Source: Octopus sinensis (Eukaryota). Taken from it: a stretch of 64,000 bases of DNA. Both the position numbers and the translations under genes were made by a program. The stretch spans positions 186,001 to 250,000 of the forward strand of contig NC_043011.1 of the NCBI RefSeq assembly GCF_006345805.1. The letters are read 5' to 3'. Below, piece after piece: positions 39,957-53,330 of this stretch (positions within the stretch are counted from its first letter, which is position 1; every line of letters begins with the position of its first letter). The notes under the pieces are model-generated. The model was not told the DNA's origin. It saw nothing but the letters and a program-made list of their open reading frames with translations, and did no database searches.

Positions 39957-39991
<35 letters not shown>

Positions 39992-40043
39992 ATTATTATT
40001 GTTGTTGTTGTTGTTATTATTATTATTATCATTATTATTATTA

Positions 40044-40081
<38 letters not shown>

Positions 40082-40129
40082 GTGTTGTTGTTGTTCTTAT
40101 TATTATTATCATTATTATTATTATCATTA

Positions 40130-40171
<42 letters not shown>

Positions 40172-40172
40172 C

Positions 40173-40226
<54 letters not shown>

Positions 40227-40331
40227 CATTATTATTATTATCATTATTATTATTATTATTTATTATTATTTATTATTCATTATTATTATTAATCATCATT
40301 ATTATTATTATTATTATTATTGTTGTTGTTG

Positions 40332-40365
<34 letters not shown>

Positions 40366-40406
40366 CATTATTATTATTATTATTATAATTATTATTGTTG
40401 TTGTTG

Positions 40407-40455
<49 letters not shown>

Positions 40456-40514
40456 CATTATTATTATTATTATTATTATTATTGTTGTTGTTGTTGTTAT
40501 TATTATTATTATTA

Positions 40515-40569
<55 letters not shown>

Positions 40570-40587
40570 CATTATTATTATTATCAT
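38331..40587. repeat. ~2.3-kb compound (ATT/GTT/ATC)n microsatellite
   Basis: Continuous triplet array; source of the 182-498 aa poly-I/L/Y ORFs. Confidence 0.97.
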
Positions 40588-41144
40588 TGCCTTTGCACAA
40601 CTTCTAACACTGTGTCAGCTGTTCACTATTTTTTGAGCACCTTCCGGAGTAATCCAGCGGTTCCAAGCAGTGTTGTTTTCTGCAAGTGCTCCACCCTTAT
40701 TACAACCCGTATTTGTTCCATGTACTCCTCAAGATTTTTACTCAATGTTCCCAGGGCTCTGACAATTGTTGGTACTACTACCACCTTTTTCATCGACCAC
40801 AACTGTTTAACATCCCAAGCTAACCTGTCTTATCTATCAACTTTTCTTTCTTCCTAATCGCAGACTTTGTTGTCAGCTGGGCATGCTATATCTATGATCC
40901 AGCATAGTTTGCTTTCTTTCTCAATTAAGATTATGTCTGGTTTCCTATTCTCTATCTCATGGTCGCTCTGAATCACAGGATCTTTGCATTATCATCTTCG
41001 ACGATGCCTTCGGGTTTGGGGTCGTACCAATTTTTTGCTCTGTCAAGTCTATACTTGTGGCAAAATGTCCAATGGACAAGCCTTGATATATTGTCGTGGC
41101 GACTCTTATATTCTTTCTGGGCTAGTGGCGTACATTGGCTTGTA
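40588..41144 (-). mobile_element. R4/Dong-like family B, second copy
   Basis: Reverse complement of about 15040-15621 (with an internal difference near the 3' end); (ATT)n on both plus-strand flanks. Confidence 0.88.
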
Positions 41145-41146
41145 TA

Positions 41147-41200
<54 letters not shown>

Positions 41201-41319
41201 AGTAGTAGTAGTAGTAGTAGTCGTGGTAGTAGTAATATTAGTAGTAATAGTTGAGTAGTGTTATGCAGTGCCCTTTTTAAATACTACATATTGTTATTGT
41301 TGGAATGTGATTAGTTATC

Positions 41320-41361
<42 letters not shown>

Positions 41362-41368
41362 TATAATA

Positions 41369-41417
<49 letters not shown>

Positions 41418-43131
41418 TAAGAGACCAGTTGTGAGTTGTTAGTTTTGTTGGACAGTGGAGACATGGAGGGTATGGTCTGTTAAACAACTCTCCGTAGATT
41501 CCATACTGACACCACCCGGATGTACTGACAATACCCATTCAGACTACCCTCAACGAACACCTGGACCTGTAAAGCCTTTATTTATTTATTTATTTATTCA
41601 TTCATTTATATCTTTTTTTTTCTTATCTTAGAATTTCCTTCTTCTCTCTTTAATACATTTTCTTATCCTTTCAGGTATTTCCTATTTTTGTCAATTCTCG
41701 TCCCTTTCGGATTCCTTTCTTCATTTCTCCATCTTAATTGTTGTCGTTCGCTGTGAACTGTCACGTTTCACAAAGTTCTACAAAGAAAACGTTTTATTGA
41801 GGATTACCTCAACAGTTCCTCTTCTGTCGCTATTACAATGGCCTCTGTTCTTTGGGGCTGGTTGGTCGCGTACCTCTTCCTCTCAGGACTCCGATCCATT
41901 CATTCTCTCGTTGCGTTTTACCTCCAGCTTCCACCTCCGTCCCACTCTCTCCAGTCCTTCCTTTTTGGAACAACTTTCTGGAATCTTCTCCTTGCTTATG
42001 TCTTTCTTGCAGATATTGGCCGACCCGGTCCGAATGAAGCATTAACGCGTCTCGGAGATTCTACAAAGGTCATGGAACTGTTTCTTCCTTCAGCCTCAAC
42101 CATTTTGATTCGCATGCAGCACGATAATCAAGGAAGAAGTACTTGACACAGTGAGAAACACACAGACCGGAACACAAAACGTAAACACTTAGACATACAT
42201 ACATACATACATACATACATACATACATGCATGCATGCATACATACATACATACATACATACATACATACATACATGCATGCATGCATACATACATACAT
42301 ACATACATACATACATACATACAAACATACATACATACATACATACATACATACATACATACATACATACATACATACATAAGTGACAATCTGGAAAAGT
42401 AAGACTGGGTTTTCAGAAAAAGAAATTGACCACCAAACTTGCACACTACAACTGCAATTTGTAAACGGAACACTAAAAGTATGCAAGACTTTTCTCAAGT
42501 TTGAAATCTGACATTGCTTTTGTTATCTCGATTCCAACGATGGAAGTTTGTATCTTTGTTGGAATCCAGCTTCTTTATTCAGAGGGAAGAATTTGAATAA
42601 TTAAATAGAGAAACGGACATACAGACACATGTATGCGTGATTCCGAGCATAAATTCTTTGATGTAATCGAATAAGACCCTATATATGCTGACCCAGCAAA
42701 ATATATCACAAAAACTGTACAAGAATATTTTGTTAACAACAACAACAACAACGACGACGTCCACAGCAACGTTGTTCTGTATAATTCACAAATCTCATTT
42801 AGACTGTTGAATCTCTCAGGAAAAGCTATAATATATTCGTGGTTAAGTATTATAATTTCAAAGAAGCCAATGATATGTGGTAATGGTCATGCATTTCCCA
42901 ATGGTATTTACACATTCTTTAAGCCAAAGAGGGACCGTCTACTTGATTATATGACCTACTAGAAATAGATTCCAAATCTTTATAATGTGGGTGTGAGCTC
43001 CTTTCTCACTGGAAAAAAGACGGGATGGCCACAACTGGAATGCTTTTAGTCGTAGGAAGGCTCGAGATGAACTGATCTCGGCTTAACCACCGTTACCAAA
43101 ATAAACTGCTTCCACTACTACAAGCAGACTC

Positions 43132-43323
43132 ACCGCCGCCACCGCCGCGCCACCGCCGCCACCACCGCCGCCACCGCCGCCGCCACCACCGCCGCCGCCA
43201 CCGCCGCCGCCACCGCCGCCGCCACCGCCGCCGCCACCGCCGCCGCCACCGCCGCCGCCACCGCCGCCGCACCGCCGCCGCCACCGCCGCCGCCGCCGCC
43301 GCCACCACCACCACCACCACCAC
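43132..43323. repeat. GC-rich (CCG/CCA)n triplet array
   Basis: About 190 bp with a recurring gccaccgccgcc 12-mer. Confidence 0.95.
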
Positions 43324-43630
43324 CTCAACAACAGCAATAACACGAAGATCATAACGTGCGTGAAACCGAAAGAAACAACGATACACGTATATATACATAC
43401 ATATATTTATACATCCATATACTTATATGTTAATATATATATATATATATATACATCGTTTCTCATTGTGTTCGACGTTTTTTTGGTGTCCTGTACCCAT
43501 ATATGCATGTATATATACATGTAGATGTAGGTACGTACATATATGTATGTATATATGCATATGTTTTATTTATTAATTTGTTATTACACGACAGAACGCA
43601 CGCATCCATTTCTAAGTAAGTTTGTTCTTA

Positions 43631-43717
<87 letters not shown>

Positions 43718-43949
43718 AATATATAATGTGAAATAATTAACAGAAATTTTCATCATTATTCGAACAATAGTGACATTATTTCGTCGCTCAGCACATTTGC
43801 TGTACACATAAACAGTTTGTAAGTTTTTAGTGTCGGAGGGAAACGTGACTGATTTGGAGACGGTAGATGGTAATTGTAGCAAGATGTTAACAAAGCAAAC
43901 ATCACACCAACACACACTAAAAGCTGACACGGCCATGTTTTAATGACGG

Positions 43950-44480
43950 GACACAACTCAACTTGGAAGGTTCGACAACGTTTTGTTTGAAAAAGGAAAT
44001 CTTAAAAAGCAACGCATTACATTTCTGAGTTGAAGGAAATATTTATGTGTTGTAAAGATATGATGGTAAATGATTGAGTTAATTAGGTGAGTAGCAATGT
44101 CCCGGCCGGTATTAAGTGCTATGTGGAGTAAACAATATGCTGAGATTGGAGAAGATGGATGCGAAATGTCACGTATTTGGTTATTAAGGATTCTAATCCT
44201 ATTGTTGTTGCTTCCGAAATCAGAGAAGGAACAGTAGCGCCCATAACCACTTCCAGAGTCTCCAAGACTGATGGGAGAAAGGGAGGAAATTTTCTTCAAA
44301 GAGATCACTGGAAACCTCGTTCTAATTCTTGCAAGTTGCCCCAAAGCGTGGTACTGGTATTAAACAGGGTGAACCCTATTACGTTTAACCGTTCATTACT
44401 AATTACAACTCGCACCGTAGAACTGGTTGAGATTTACGACAACTTAGTTGCAATGTCTTCATATCTGGATGTCACTCCAC
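43950..44480 (+). mobile_element. Possible ancient LINE reverse-transcriptase remnant
   Basis: TGIKQGEP followed in another frame by LVEIYDNLVAMSS, resembling the GxKQGDPLSP and YADDLV motifs in the correct order. Confidence 0.4.
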
Positions 44481-44529
44481 GAAGTAAAGGATTTCCTTCG
44501 GTGCCGGTGGGGATGCGTATTACAAGTCA

Positions 44530-44695
44530 CATTAATCTTTTCTGCTATAGGCACAAGGCCTGAAATTTTGGAGGAAGGGGCTAATCGATTATATCCACCC
44601 CAGTGCTCAGCTGGTTCTTATTTTATCGACTCCGATATGATGAAGGGCAAAGTCGACCTCGGCGGAATTTGAATTCAGAACATAAAAACGGACGG
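44530..44695 (-). mobile_element. Family 2 SINE remnant
   Basis: aaagtcgacctcggcggaatttgaattcagaac on the plus strand. Confidence 0.7.
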
Positions 44696-44769
44696 GATCC
44701 AATTCTCGGTGACCTGACAATTATTCTAAGACAATAACTACACCCATGGTATTGCTGCTATTTCTACAA

Positions 44770-45420
44770 GCGCATTCCAGAAGTCTTGAAACTTTTTCCA
44801 GGAGAAACATTTATTAATTTTCAAGAAGTATTAAACTTTAATCTCCTTCTAAATAGGGTCCTCTAACTTCAAAGCACTTGTTGTAGCGCTCCGTCCACGT
44901 CGTGAAGGCCCATGGAAGTCATTCGAAGTGAAGGTGTTCAGGACCATTATCGCAGCCTCCTTCATCTTCTCCTTTAGCTTGAGAAATAATGAAACGTCAA
45001 AGGAAGTAAGGTGTAACAGAGGGGGACGTCGCGGGACAGTTTTGATGTCCTTCTCTATCAAGTAGTTGGCTGCTAGGATGGAATTATGAACCGGTGTTCA
45101 TAGTCCTTGAACAGGAACCTTGGCCTTTAGTGATGAAATCTCTTTCTGAACTCCCTCGAAGCCTTCACCATGTACTCTTCGTTGACTGTCTGACTAGACG
45201 ATGTCCTTGCTGTCGAAAGTGGGGATCACCATGAGCTTCCAAGTGGACTTGCTTTGTCTGGCCTCTTGTGACAATGAAAACGCAGATGTTCGGCTCATAC
45301 AAGTTCATCTAGAAGCAGTCTGTTGCTTTATATAAGTTTCTGTAGCGCCCCATCCTCACCACACAATTTAACACAGCACTTTATTTCTTAACAAGCATCC
45401 AAATTGCCTTCAAAGTGTTG
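44770..45420 (-). mobile_element. Mariner transposase remnant, deleted and decayed
   Basis: QEARQSKxT.KLMVIP.FD, KTVPRRP..., LFLKLKE.MKEA...TFTSNDFHG...TTSALKLEDPI resemble the mariner catalytic domain and C-terminus. Confidence 0.7.
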
Positions 45421-46370
45421 TTATAACCGTCTCCTTCATCCTAGAATAAGAAAAGTCGGCAGGTCAGCTTATTAAAATTACAATAATCTAGAACGGTCGT
45501 AACTGCTTCTAAAAGTATTCCAAAATTCGTGAAACGCACTTCGTACATTTACTGTTTCTAATGCCGTTTAACCCCATGTCACTCCAGATCCCGCGGACCT
45601 CACGTCACATAGGTTCCATTGTCCAATGAAACTGCTTTTCGTTTTAACTCATAGAGTGATCTTGAAAGATTTAGCAGCTATTTTCTTCATGTTAAATGCC
45701 TGTCTAGATCTCAGTTGGCACCTAATTGATGATGACATTATCAGTTTCAAGTAAATGTTGTTGATGTCGTTTAAACTAGAAACGTAGTGGATTCACTTTA
45801 AATAACCGACTTCATTTCTCTTCAAACGAGCTTTCTCGAACGTCCAGTGAATTCAGTGAAACCCTTTCAGAAACAATAAAGAAATGAATGGAGACCAACC
45901 AACTTAACTATGAGTTTTTTATGCGAATGGTGTCTGCTGAATTATTCTTTAAATAGTTCTAGTTTTAATTTCCTATGCAATTACATAGTGTTGGATAAAT
46001 AATTACTTTAGCAAAGTAATTATGCTGAAGAGGTAATAATAAGACCGAAATATGCCTACTGTTATCTCCACAACCCGCTGAAATGGTTTTAAACAATGAC
46101 TAATGCCTTTTATTTTGCTGCTCCCTGCATTTAATATACAGTAACCATAACGACGGGTTTGGAGAGATCTTGGGTCTCAGTGTTACAGAGTGTGTGTGTG
46201 CTTATGTTTGTGTGCGTGTGTGTGTATTTGTGTGTTTGTGGTGTGTGTGTGTGTGTGTGTGTTGATGGCACATTGATCTGACTGTTGTTGACAATAATGG
46301 TAGAGTGCAGGTATGGTGGGGGTGGAAGTGGAGGATGTAGTGGTGATGGAGATGATGATGATGATGGTGG

Positions 46371-46415
<45 letters not shown>

Positions 46416-46791
46416 GGAGGAGGAGGTGGTGTGGTGGAGTACGATGTCAGCAATGATAACAGTGCATGTGTGAAGGTGGAAGTTGATGATGAGGAAGAAA
46501 AGGATGAGCAAAGATTGAGGAGGAGGCGGAGGAGATGATGGAGGATCGTGATGACGATGGTGATGGTGATGGTGATGATATGTGATGACTTTTTGTTTAG
46601 TTAAGAGAGAATGGATGTGTTTATGACCTTCGTAGATCGACTGAAACCATGGTGATGGTGCGGCGGTGGTGGTGGGGTGGCGGTGGTGGTTGTGATATCA
46701 TGGTTGAGGTGGTGGAGAAGGTGGGGGAGAAGGTGGCGGCAATAGTGCTGATGAGAAGGTGGATGAGGATGAAGGTGATGATGATGACGAC

Positions 46792-46825
<34 letters not shown>

Positions 46826-47419
46826 TCAACGATATCAACAAGAGAAGCAGCTCTAATGAAAGTGAGACAGCGTATCCAATATAGTCGGAGAGAGATAGAG
46901 AAAAAGAGAGAGAGAAGGGGAAGAAGGGAGAGAGAGAAGGGGAGAAGGGAGAGAGGGAAAAGTATAAAGAGAGAGGGTGTGACGAGGAGAGAGTGTTAGG
47001 AGGAGTCAGAAGAGGAGAGAAGAATAAAAACAAGTAAGAACATGGCAAACGTTTCCGAAAATGTTGATGATGATGATGGTTGTGGTAGTAGTGGTGGTGT
47101 CTGTGGTGGCGGCAGCACCGGAGCCAGCGGCGGTGGTGGCGATGATGAGGGTGATGGTGGTGGTGATGGTGGTGGCGGTGGCGGTGAAGCTGAAGGTGAT
47201 GATGGCGGTAATGATGATGATGATTAAAATAAAGTGTTGATAATGATGTTGATACTGTTGCTGATGATGGTGTTGATAACGTCGGAGGTAGTGGCAGTGA
47301 TGGTGGTGGTGAGTAAGCTCGAAGTAGATAGGAAGTTGTGTCGAAAGAAGACGGTGGCTGACACGAAACGTTGATGGAAACTGAGAATAAACAAAATCCT
47401 CACCGAAATAAGTCTACGT

Positions 47420-47860
47420 ACATATGTATGTGTGTGTGTATGTATGCATGTATGTATGTATGTTTGTATGTATGTATGTATGTATGTATGTATGTATGTA
47501 TGCATGTATGTGTATATGTGTGTATGTATGTATGTATGTATGTATGTGCGTATGCATGTATGTATGTATATGTGTATGCATGTATGTATGTGCGTATGTA
47601 TGTATGCGTGTATGTGTGTGTGTATGTGTGTATGTATGTGTGTATGTATGTGTGTGTGTGTATGTATGTATGTATGTATATATGTATGTATGTATGTGTG
47701 TATGTATGTGTGTATGTATGTATGTATGTATGTGTGTGTATGTATGTATGTATGTATGTGTGTGTATGTATGTATGTATGTATGTATGTGTGTATGCATG
47801 TGTGTGTATGTATGTATGCGTGTGTATGTATATATGTATACATGTGTGTGTGTGTGCATT
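47420..47860. repeat. Long compound (TATG/TG)n microsatellite
   Basis: Source of the MYVC/HTYI ORFs; similar tracts at 24740-24960, 28510-28700, 42190-42380 and 61790-61990. Confidence 0.95.
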
Positions 47861-48562
47861 TATGAACGTATGCATGTCTGTATTTTTATACACAGTCATA
47901 CATACATATGATACATGTACATACACACATACATACACACATTCATACATACACACATACAGCTCATAAACACCCATAGATGCGCGCGTGTGTGTGTGTG
48001 TGTGTTTCTTCCCTGTGAACAGAAGAACGAAATCAGCGCTCAACCGACCCAATTGCTGTTGCATATATTTAATAAGAGTTTGATTCAGATGCAAAGAGCT
48101 TAGACGTCCTGCTCGTGAGATCTGCAGAGACAGAGTCATCTGACAAGGTGGACGTGTCCTGTGCCGCACGAAACTGTTAAGTAATGAACAGCTGAAACAA
48201 ATTATGCATATTTCCTGAGTGAGTCAATGGGAAGCTTATCCCACCTCTTCGCGAGTTAACTCGACTCTACATGACTCTACATGACTCTACATGACTCTAT
48301 GCTCTTGAAACTGAAACCGTGAGATATATACTTTACATTTGACTCCATTTCAAAGCCATTATAGATAGTAACTGTGACTCTGAACAAAATCCACCATGTA
48401 TATATATATGTATATATGTATGATGTATGTATGTATGTATGTATGTATGTATGTATGTATGTATGTGTGTATGTATGCATGTGTGTGTGTGAATTTGTAT
48501 GTATGCCTGCAAACGTGTGTATTGGTATGTTTATGTACATATATATGTATATGTGTATATAT

Positions 48563-48825
48563 AAAATATTCTATAATTATATATTTATGTACATACTTAT
48601 AACAAGGGGTCAGCCAAGTGCCTCGCCACATACTGAATTAGAAATAGACGCTAATATCTTTTCAACTACCATAAACATCTCCGAGACAATAAACACACTT
48701 TTTTTAAGTAGGTAAAAAGAAAACTGATGACACTACACGTCTGTTTCTAATTCAGTCCGTGGCCAGGCAATTAACTGACCCCTCATTATAATTATGTATA
48801 TAAATAGAGAATTATAGAATATTTT
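48563..48825. mobile_element. MITE-like element with ~88-bp imperfect terminal inverted repeats
   Basis: aaaatattctataatt...ggggtcag...gccaca.actgaattagaaatagacg versus cgtctgtttctaattcagt...tggcc...ctgacccc...aattatagaatatttt. Confidence 0.6.
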
Positions 48826-48906
48826 GTATAATTTACCTAAAAAGCTTTTTTTAACGTACTGACGACTCGGTAAAATTATAAATTCATTCATTTTACCCTA
48901 TATTAT

Positions 48907-48948
<42 letters not shown>

Positions 48949-49659
48949 TTCTGAATGCTTTAATATCTTCTCTGTTCCATTTATACCTTTTGGTTGTAAT
49001 TTCATACGTAGCGGTTTTCTTTTTGGGTTTTGTGAAATCCGGCTTCACAAGATCGGTATTGGGGAGGAGTTAGTTAGATCGCCAAGTATCCCTCATCGAT
49101 AATTACTGGTATCAATCAAAAGTTATAATTCGGGTGGATTATCTGCAGATTTCTTATTCGTTCTAAATTCTTCTCTTCTTCTGCTTCGCTTATCTTTGTT
49201 CCCATGTGACCACCTCTCCTGCGTAAATGACTTCCACAACTATGGTCAGTTTACTTCATCCCAGATCATTATGGCCGGTCACTTCTCTCTATTTTTACAA
49301 ATGTCTCGACCGGAATATTTTCCCTGTATTATTTCATATTATGATGATATTTTACACACACACGCACACGCGCGCGTGCGCACACACACACACATGTGTA
49401 TGCATATGTGGGCGCGTATGTGCAGATATCTCTCTATATCTATATTTATATTCATAGCTACATATATACATTCATACATCTCTCTCTCTCTCTCTATCTC
49501 TCTCTGTATATATATATATATATATATAGGTATTATACATAACTAACTCCTTCCCATTACCGATCTTGTGTAGACGGATTTCATAAAACCAGAAAAGAAA
49601 ACCGTTACGTATGAAATTTCAATCATAAAGTATAAGTGGAACAATAAAAATATTAAACC

Positions 49660-49990
49660 ATTCAAAAAAGGCAACCACTTAACCAAAAGAAACAATTAAC
49701 AATGACAAAATTCAGCATGAACAAACGGGATAACACATTCACAGTATCCAAGTGTATTGATAACATGCGGAACGTGTCAATACGTACATACCGGTAGATC
49801 CTTTACAACAAAAGATGGACAGATTTTCACAAATGCAGATATGAACTGCAAAAGCAGAAATTTGATCTATTGCATTAAATGACCGAATTGCGAGGAATTA
49901 TATATAGGCGAGACAAGGAATGCATTATCGGAACGCTCACGAGTCCACAAACAACAAATCCAGAACACCAATGTTCGCCAAATTCTATAG
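49660..49990 (+). mobile_element. PLE GIY-YIG endonuclease remnant
   Basis: MNCKSRNLIYCIK*PNCEELYIGETRNALSERSRVH, with a stop replacing a Cys at 49880. Confidence 0.85.
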
Positions 49991-50440
49991 TACGAGCATA
50001 TAGAGACATGTGGTCAGAAAAATATTTCTAATTTTTCCTTTCCGCAAACTACTTGACTCAAGTGAGGTTGGAAGAAAGATAAAAGAAAAGCGGTTTATTA
50101 AAACGTTCAAACCTGTTCTGAATGGAAATAAAAATAATATAACAACCAGGTAATGATGTGGATTAAAAAATATCTTTAACATATTGATATAATCAAGTTA
50201 CAGAATATCGGTACGCCTGGCAAACAGAGATGTCTAAGAGCATGCGGATTGGTCAAACAGGTATTCTAAAAATTCAGCTGGTTGGAGCGTTCTAAGAGGT
50301 ACTAAAGTTGTCAAGAAATCAACTGTCAGGTAAACACATTTGAAATCTGATGAATACACTTTGTATGAAAGCAAGAATTTTGTTAAAATACCACGATAAA
50401 AAAAAACGTGAAAGCCAAACTGTTTTAACTTTATTCAACT

Positions 50441-50551
<111 letters not shown>

Positions 50552-50569
50552 TTAACTCTCTCGTCGTTA

Positions 50570-50824
50570 GATGAGGTATGAGGGTTCAGCAGTTTCTTAC
50601 CGAACAACCACTCAGATGATTTGTTTATAGCGATCATATGTCAACCAGATCGACATTACCTGTACAGGTGCAACTGGGTGCCACATGTCAGATGACGAAA
50701 TGATCGCAGAGCAACGTGAAATGAAGTGCTTTGCTCAAGAACACAACGCATGGTCAGGGAATCGAACCCACGATCTCGTAACCGTGAGTGCAACACCTTA
50801 ACCACTGAGTCATGCACCTTCACT
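50570..50824 (-). mobile_element. tRNA-derived SINE (family 4)
   Basis: Minus strand gtgaaggtgcatgactcagtggttaaggtgttgcactc...gggttcgattccc has A and B boxes, then a non-tRNA body. Confidence 0.8.
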
Positions 50825-51439
50825 TATGTATGTATGTATGTATGTATGTATGTATGTATGCATGTATGCATGTATGTATGTATGTATGTATGTATGTATG
50901 TGTGTGTATTTGTAGTTCAATATATGAATTCATAGGATCATGTGGCTATCATAGAAAGCTGCTCTAGCGGACTCGGCTATCATACCACACAATAATCCAA
51001 CATGGAGTAGTATAATCTAGAGCTCTATGCAGGTGAAACCCAAGAGATCCAGTCGATGAAATTATTCATAAGGAATATATAAGCCATAAAATTCGGGAGG
51101 TATAAAAGGTGGCTGTATTTATTTAATCACTTGTCGTCCTTAGGATTACAGCCATTTCCCACCCTCATTCACCTGTTAATAATTTCAGTGCATAATAAAT
51201 TACGTTTACACGTCTGCACTACTATGTATGCTACGCATTATACAATACAATAGTATATTCACAAATCAATGCAAATTAAGAAAGCCAGCTCATCAGATTA
51301 CCAGAAAATCGTGCTTACACCAATGCTTCGACGCTCTTTCTGAACATGTTCACCTCAAATATCTCCTAACATTTATGGTTTATAAGTATATATACATGCT
51401 TATTATACATTACGTCTAATATATTATAAATGTTGCATA

Positions 51440-51810
51440 TGAGTGGATTTGGCTGACGGAAACTGAAAGAAGCGCGTCATATCTATATATATATATATAG
51501 TTGAAATTTACTGAAAAACAAAAGACGAAGACAGGTGTATAAACAACAAGCAGGTGTATTAGTTTGACGTTCGAGAAAATGAAAAAGTCTTTTACCTTTC
51601 GAACGTTTGTGTGTGTGTGTGTGTGTGTTTGTCCCCACCCCACCCCCGCCAGCATCACTTGACAATCGATGTTGATGTGTTTACGTCTCCGTAACCGATA
51701 GAGTAAGTACTAGGATTACAAAGAATAAGTCCTGAGGTCAATTTGTTCTAATAAAGGCAATGTCCAGCATGGCCGCAATCAAATGACTGAAACGAATAAA
51801 AGACTTAAAG
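51440..51810 (+). mobile_element. Family 1 SINE interrupted by a PLE pLTR fragment (about 51500-51605)
   Basis: SINE head remnant, TA tract, ~105 bp matching 63130-63230, TG tract, SINE tail. Confidence 0.7.
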
Positions 51811-51821
51811 GAAAATAAGAG

Positions 51822-51856
<35 letters not shown>

Positions 51857-52148
51857 CCATAAGAAAATGGAAGGGATCAATAGGTGGTTCATCAACTTTT
51901 AGACATTATATTATGTCAACTTATTTCTTTATTTACTAAACTGACCAGCAAGTATATTGGATAGGTATTATCCCTTAGTTGGTGGATTCACAACCGCTAA
52001 CTTTCTTGGAATTAATATATATATATATATATATATAACACACGTGTGTGTGTGTGCGTATGTGCATATTAACTTTATATATATATATATATACATATGT
52101 ATATATATTTATGTATGTATATATATATTATATATATATATATATATT

Positions 52149-52229
<81 letters not shown>

Positions 52230-52264
52230 ATATATGTATATCTATATATCTATATATATTTATG

Positions 52265-52306
<42 letters not shown>

Positions 52307-52341
52307 TGTATGTATATATATATAATATATATATATATACT

Positions 52342-52373
<32 letters not shown>

Positions 52374-53330
52374 TGTATGTATAGCCTTATTCTGAAACAG
52401 AGAGGTTCATGAGCGATATAAATAAGAGGCGAGAGATCGTTCGAAGCTGCAGGTTCAGTGATGTGGAAAAGGAATGGAACAAATCTAGTATAAAACGTGA
52501 AATTTGAGTGTATTTCGAGCTGGAAGACAAATGGGAGAAAAAGAGAGAAAGCAGTGTAATGGAAATAAATGTGACAAAATTGTAAGGGATATGTCACCGC
52601 AGGGTAAGATATACGTCTGAGAAGTGTAAGGGATAGGAGGGAAAAGAAAGGAAAGACGAGGTGTCAATGTTTAGCAAACTGAAACGAATTAATATCTCAG
52701 AAAATTAATGTAATAATTAAGATTAATTAAAAAATATTAAAAAAAACACATCATATCTTGGGTTGAAATAATTTCTCCGCTTCGAAAAATATTGTATAGC
52801 GAAGGGAAAAATATATTTCGTTGGTGTTTGAATGGGATTTATGGAATAAGAATTGTAAAGTGTAGAGGGAAAAATTTATGGTAATATTGAAAAAAAGACC
52901 CCAAAACCGTGTGAAAAACTGTCCACATACGGCAAGTAATGTGGAATATTTATTATAATATATAAAGTTTGAGTATTTCGTTGTTGAGGCTCTTCTCAAA
53001 GGAAGGTATGCAGACTAATTCGCTATTAAATCGGATGCCACGGCACCCGAGGTATACAGCCCACAACTAAAGTATAAGGCTATTATCAATGGCCCACCTC
53101 TCGTACCCAAAACACAATACATGTACCTAAGCTACACTGCCTTATCCACAGCATATCTCCTATCCCAACTTCACTGTATGTACCCAGAGTACACTGCCCT
53201 TAGCCGGGGATCATTGCCCCTACTTAGACTACTCTGCGTGTACCCAGAGTACATTGCATGCACCCAGGGCACGTTGCTGGTACCCAGAATAAACTGCGTA
53301 TGCCCAAGGCATTCTGGAACTTTCATATTA

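Noticed and set aside
38216-40636. Long ORFs of 157-498 aa
   Set aside because: They are translations of the ATT/GTT array (poly-I/L/Y/C) with no domain content.
43958-44344. 128-aa minus-strand ORF that superficially resembled a receptor extracellular-domain exon
   Set aside because: The opposite strand has RT-like KQGEP and YDNLV motifs, so an antisense open frame of a decayed LINE is more likely; no partner exons found.
47224-48169. MYVC/HTYI-repeat ORFs, also at 23213, 28514, 42070 and 61626
   Set aside because: Produced by TATG/TG/CA microsatellites, which lack stops in several frames.
48724-48740. CTGATGA as another hammerhead; also CTGAAG...GAAAC at about 61290-61330
   Set aside because: No stem II plus GAAA arrangement in the first case and a non-matching core without supporting stems in the second.
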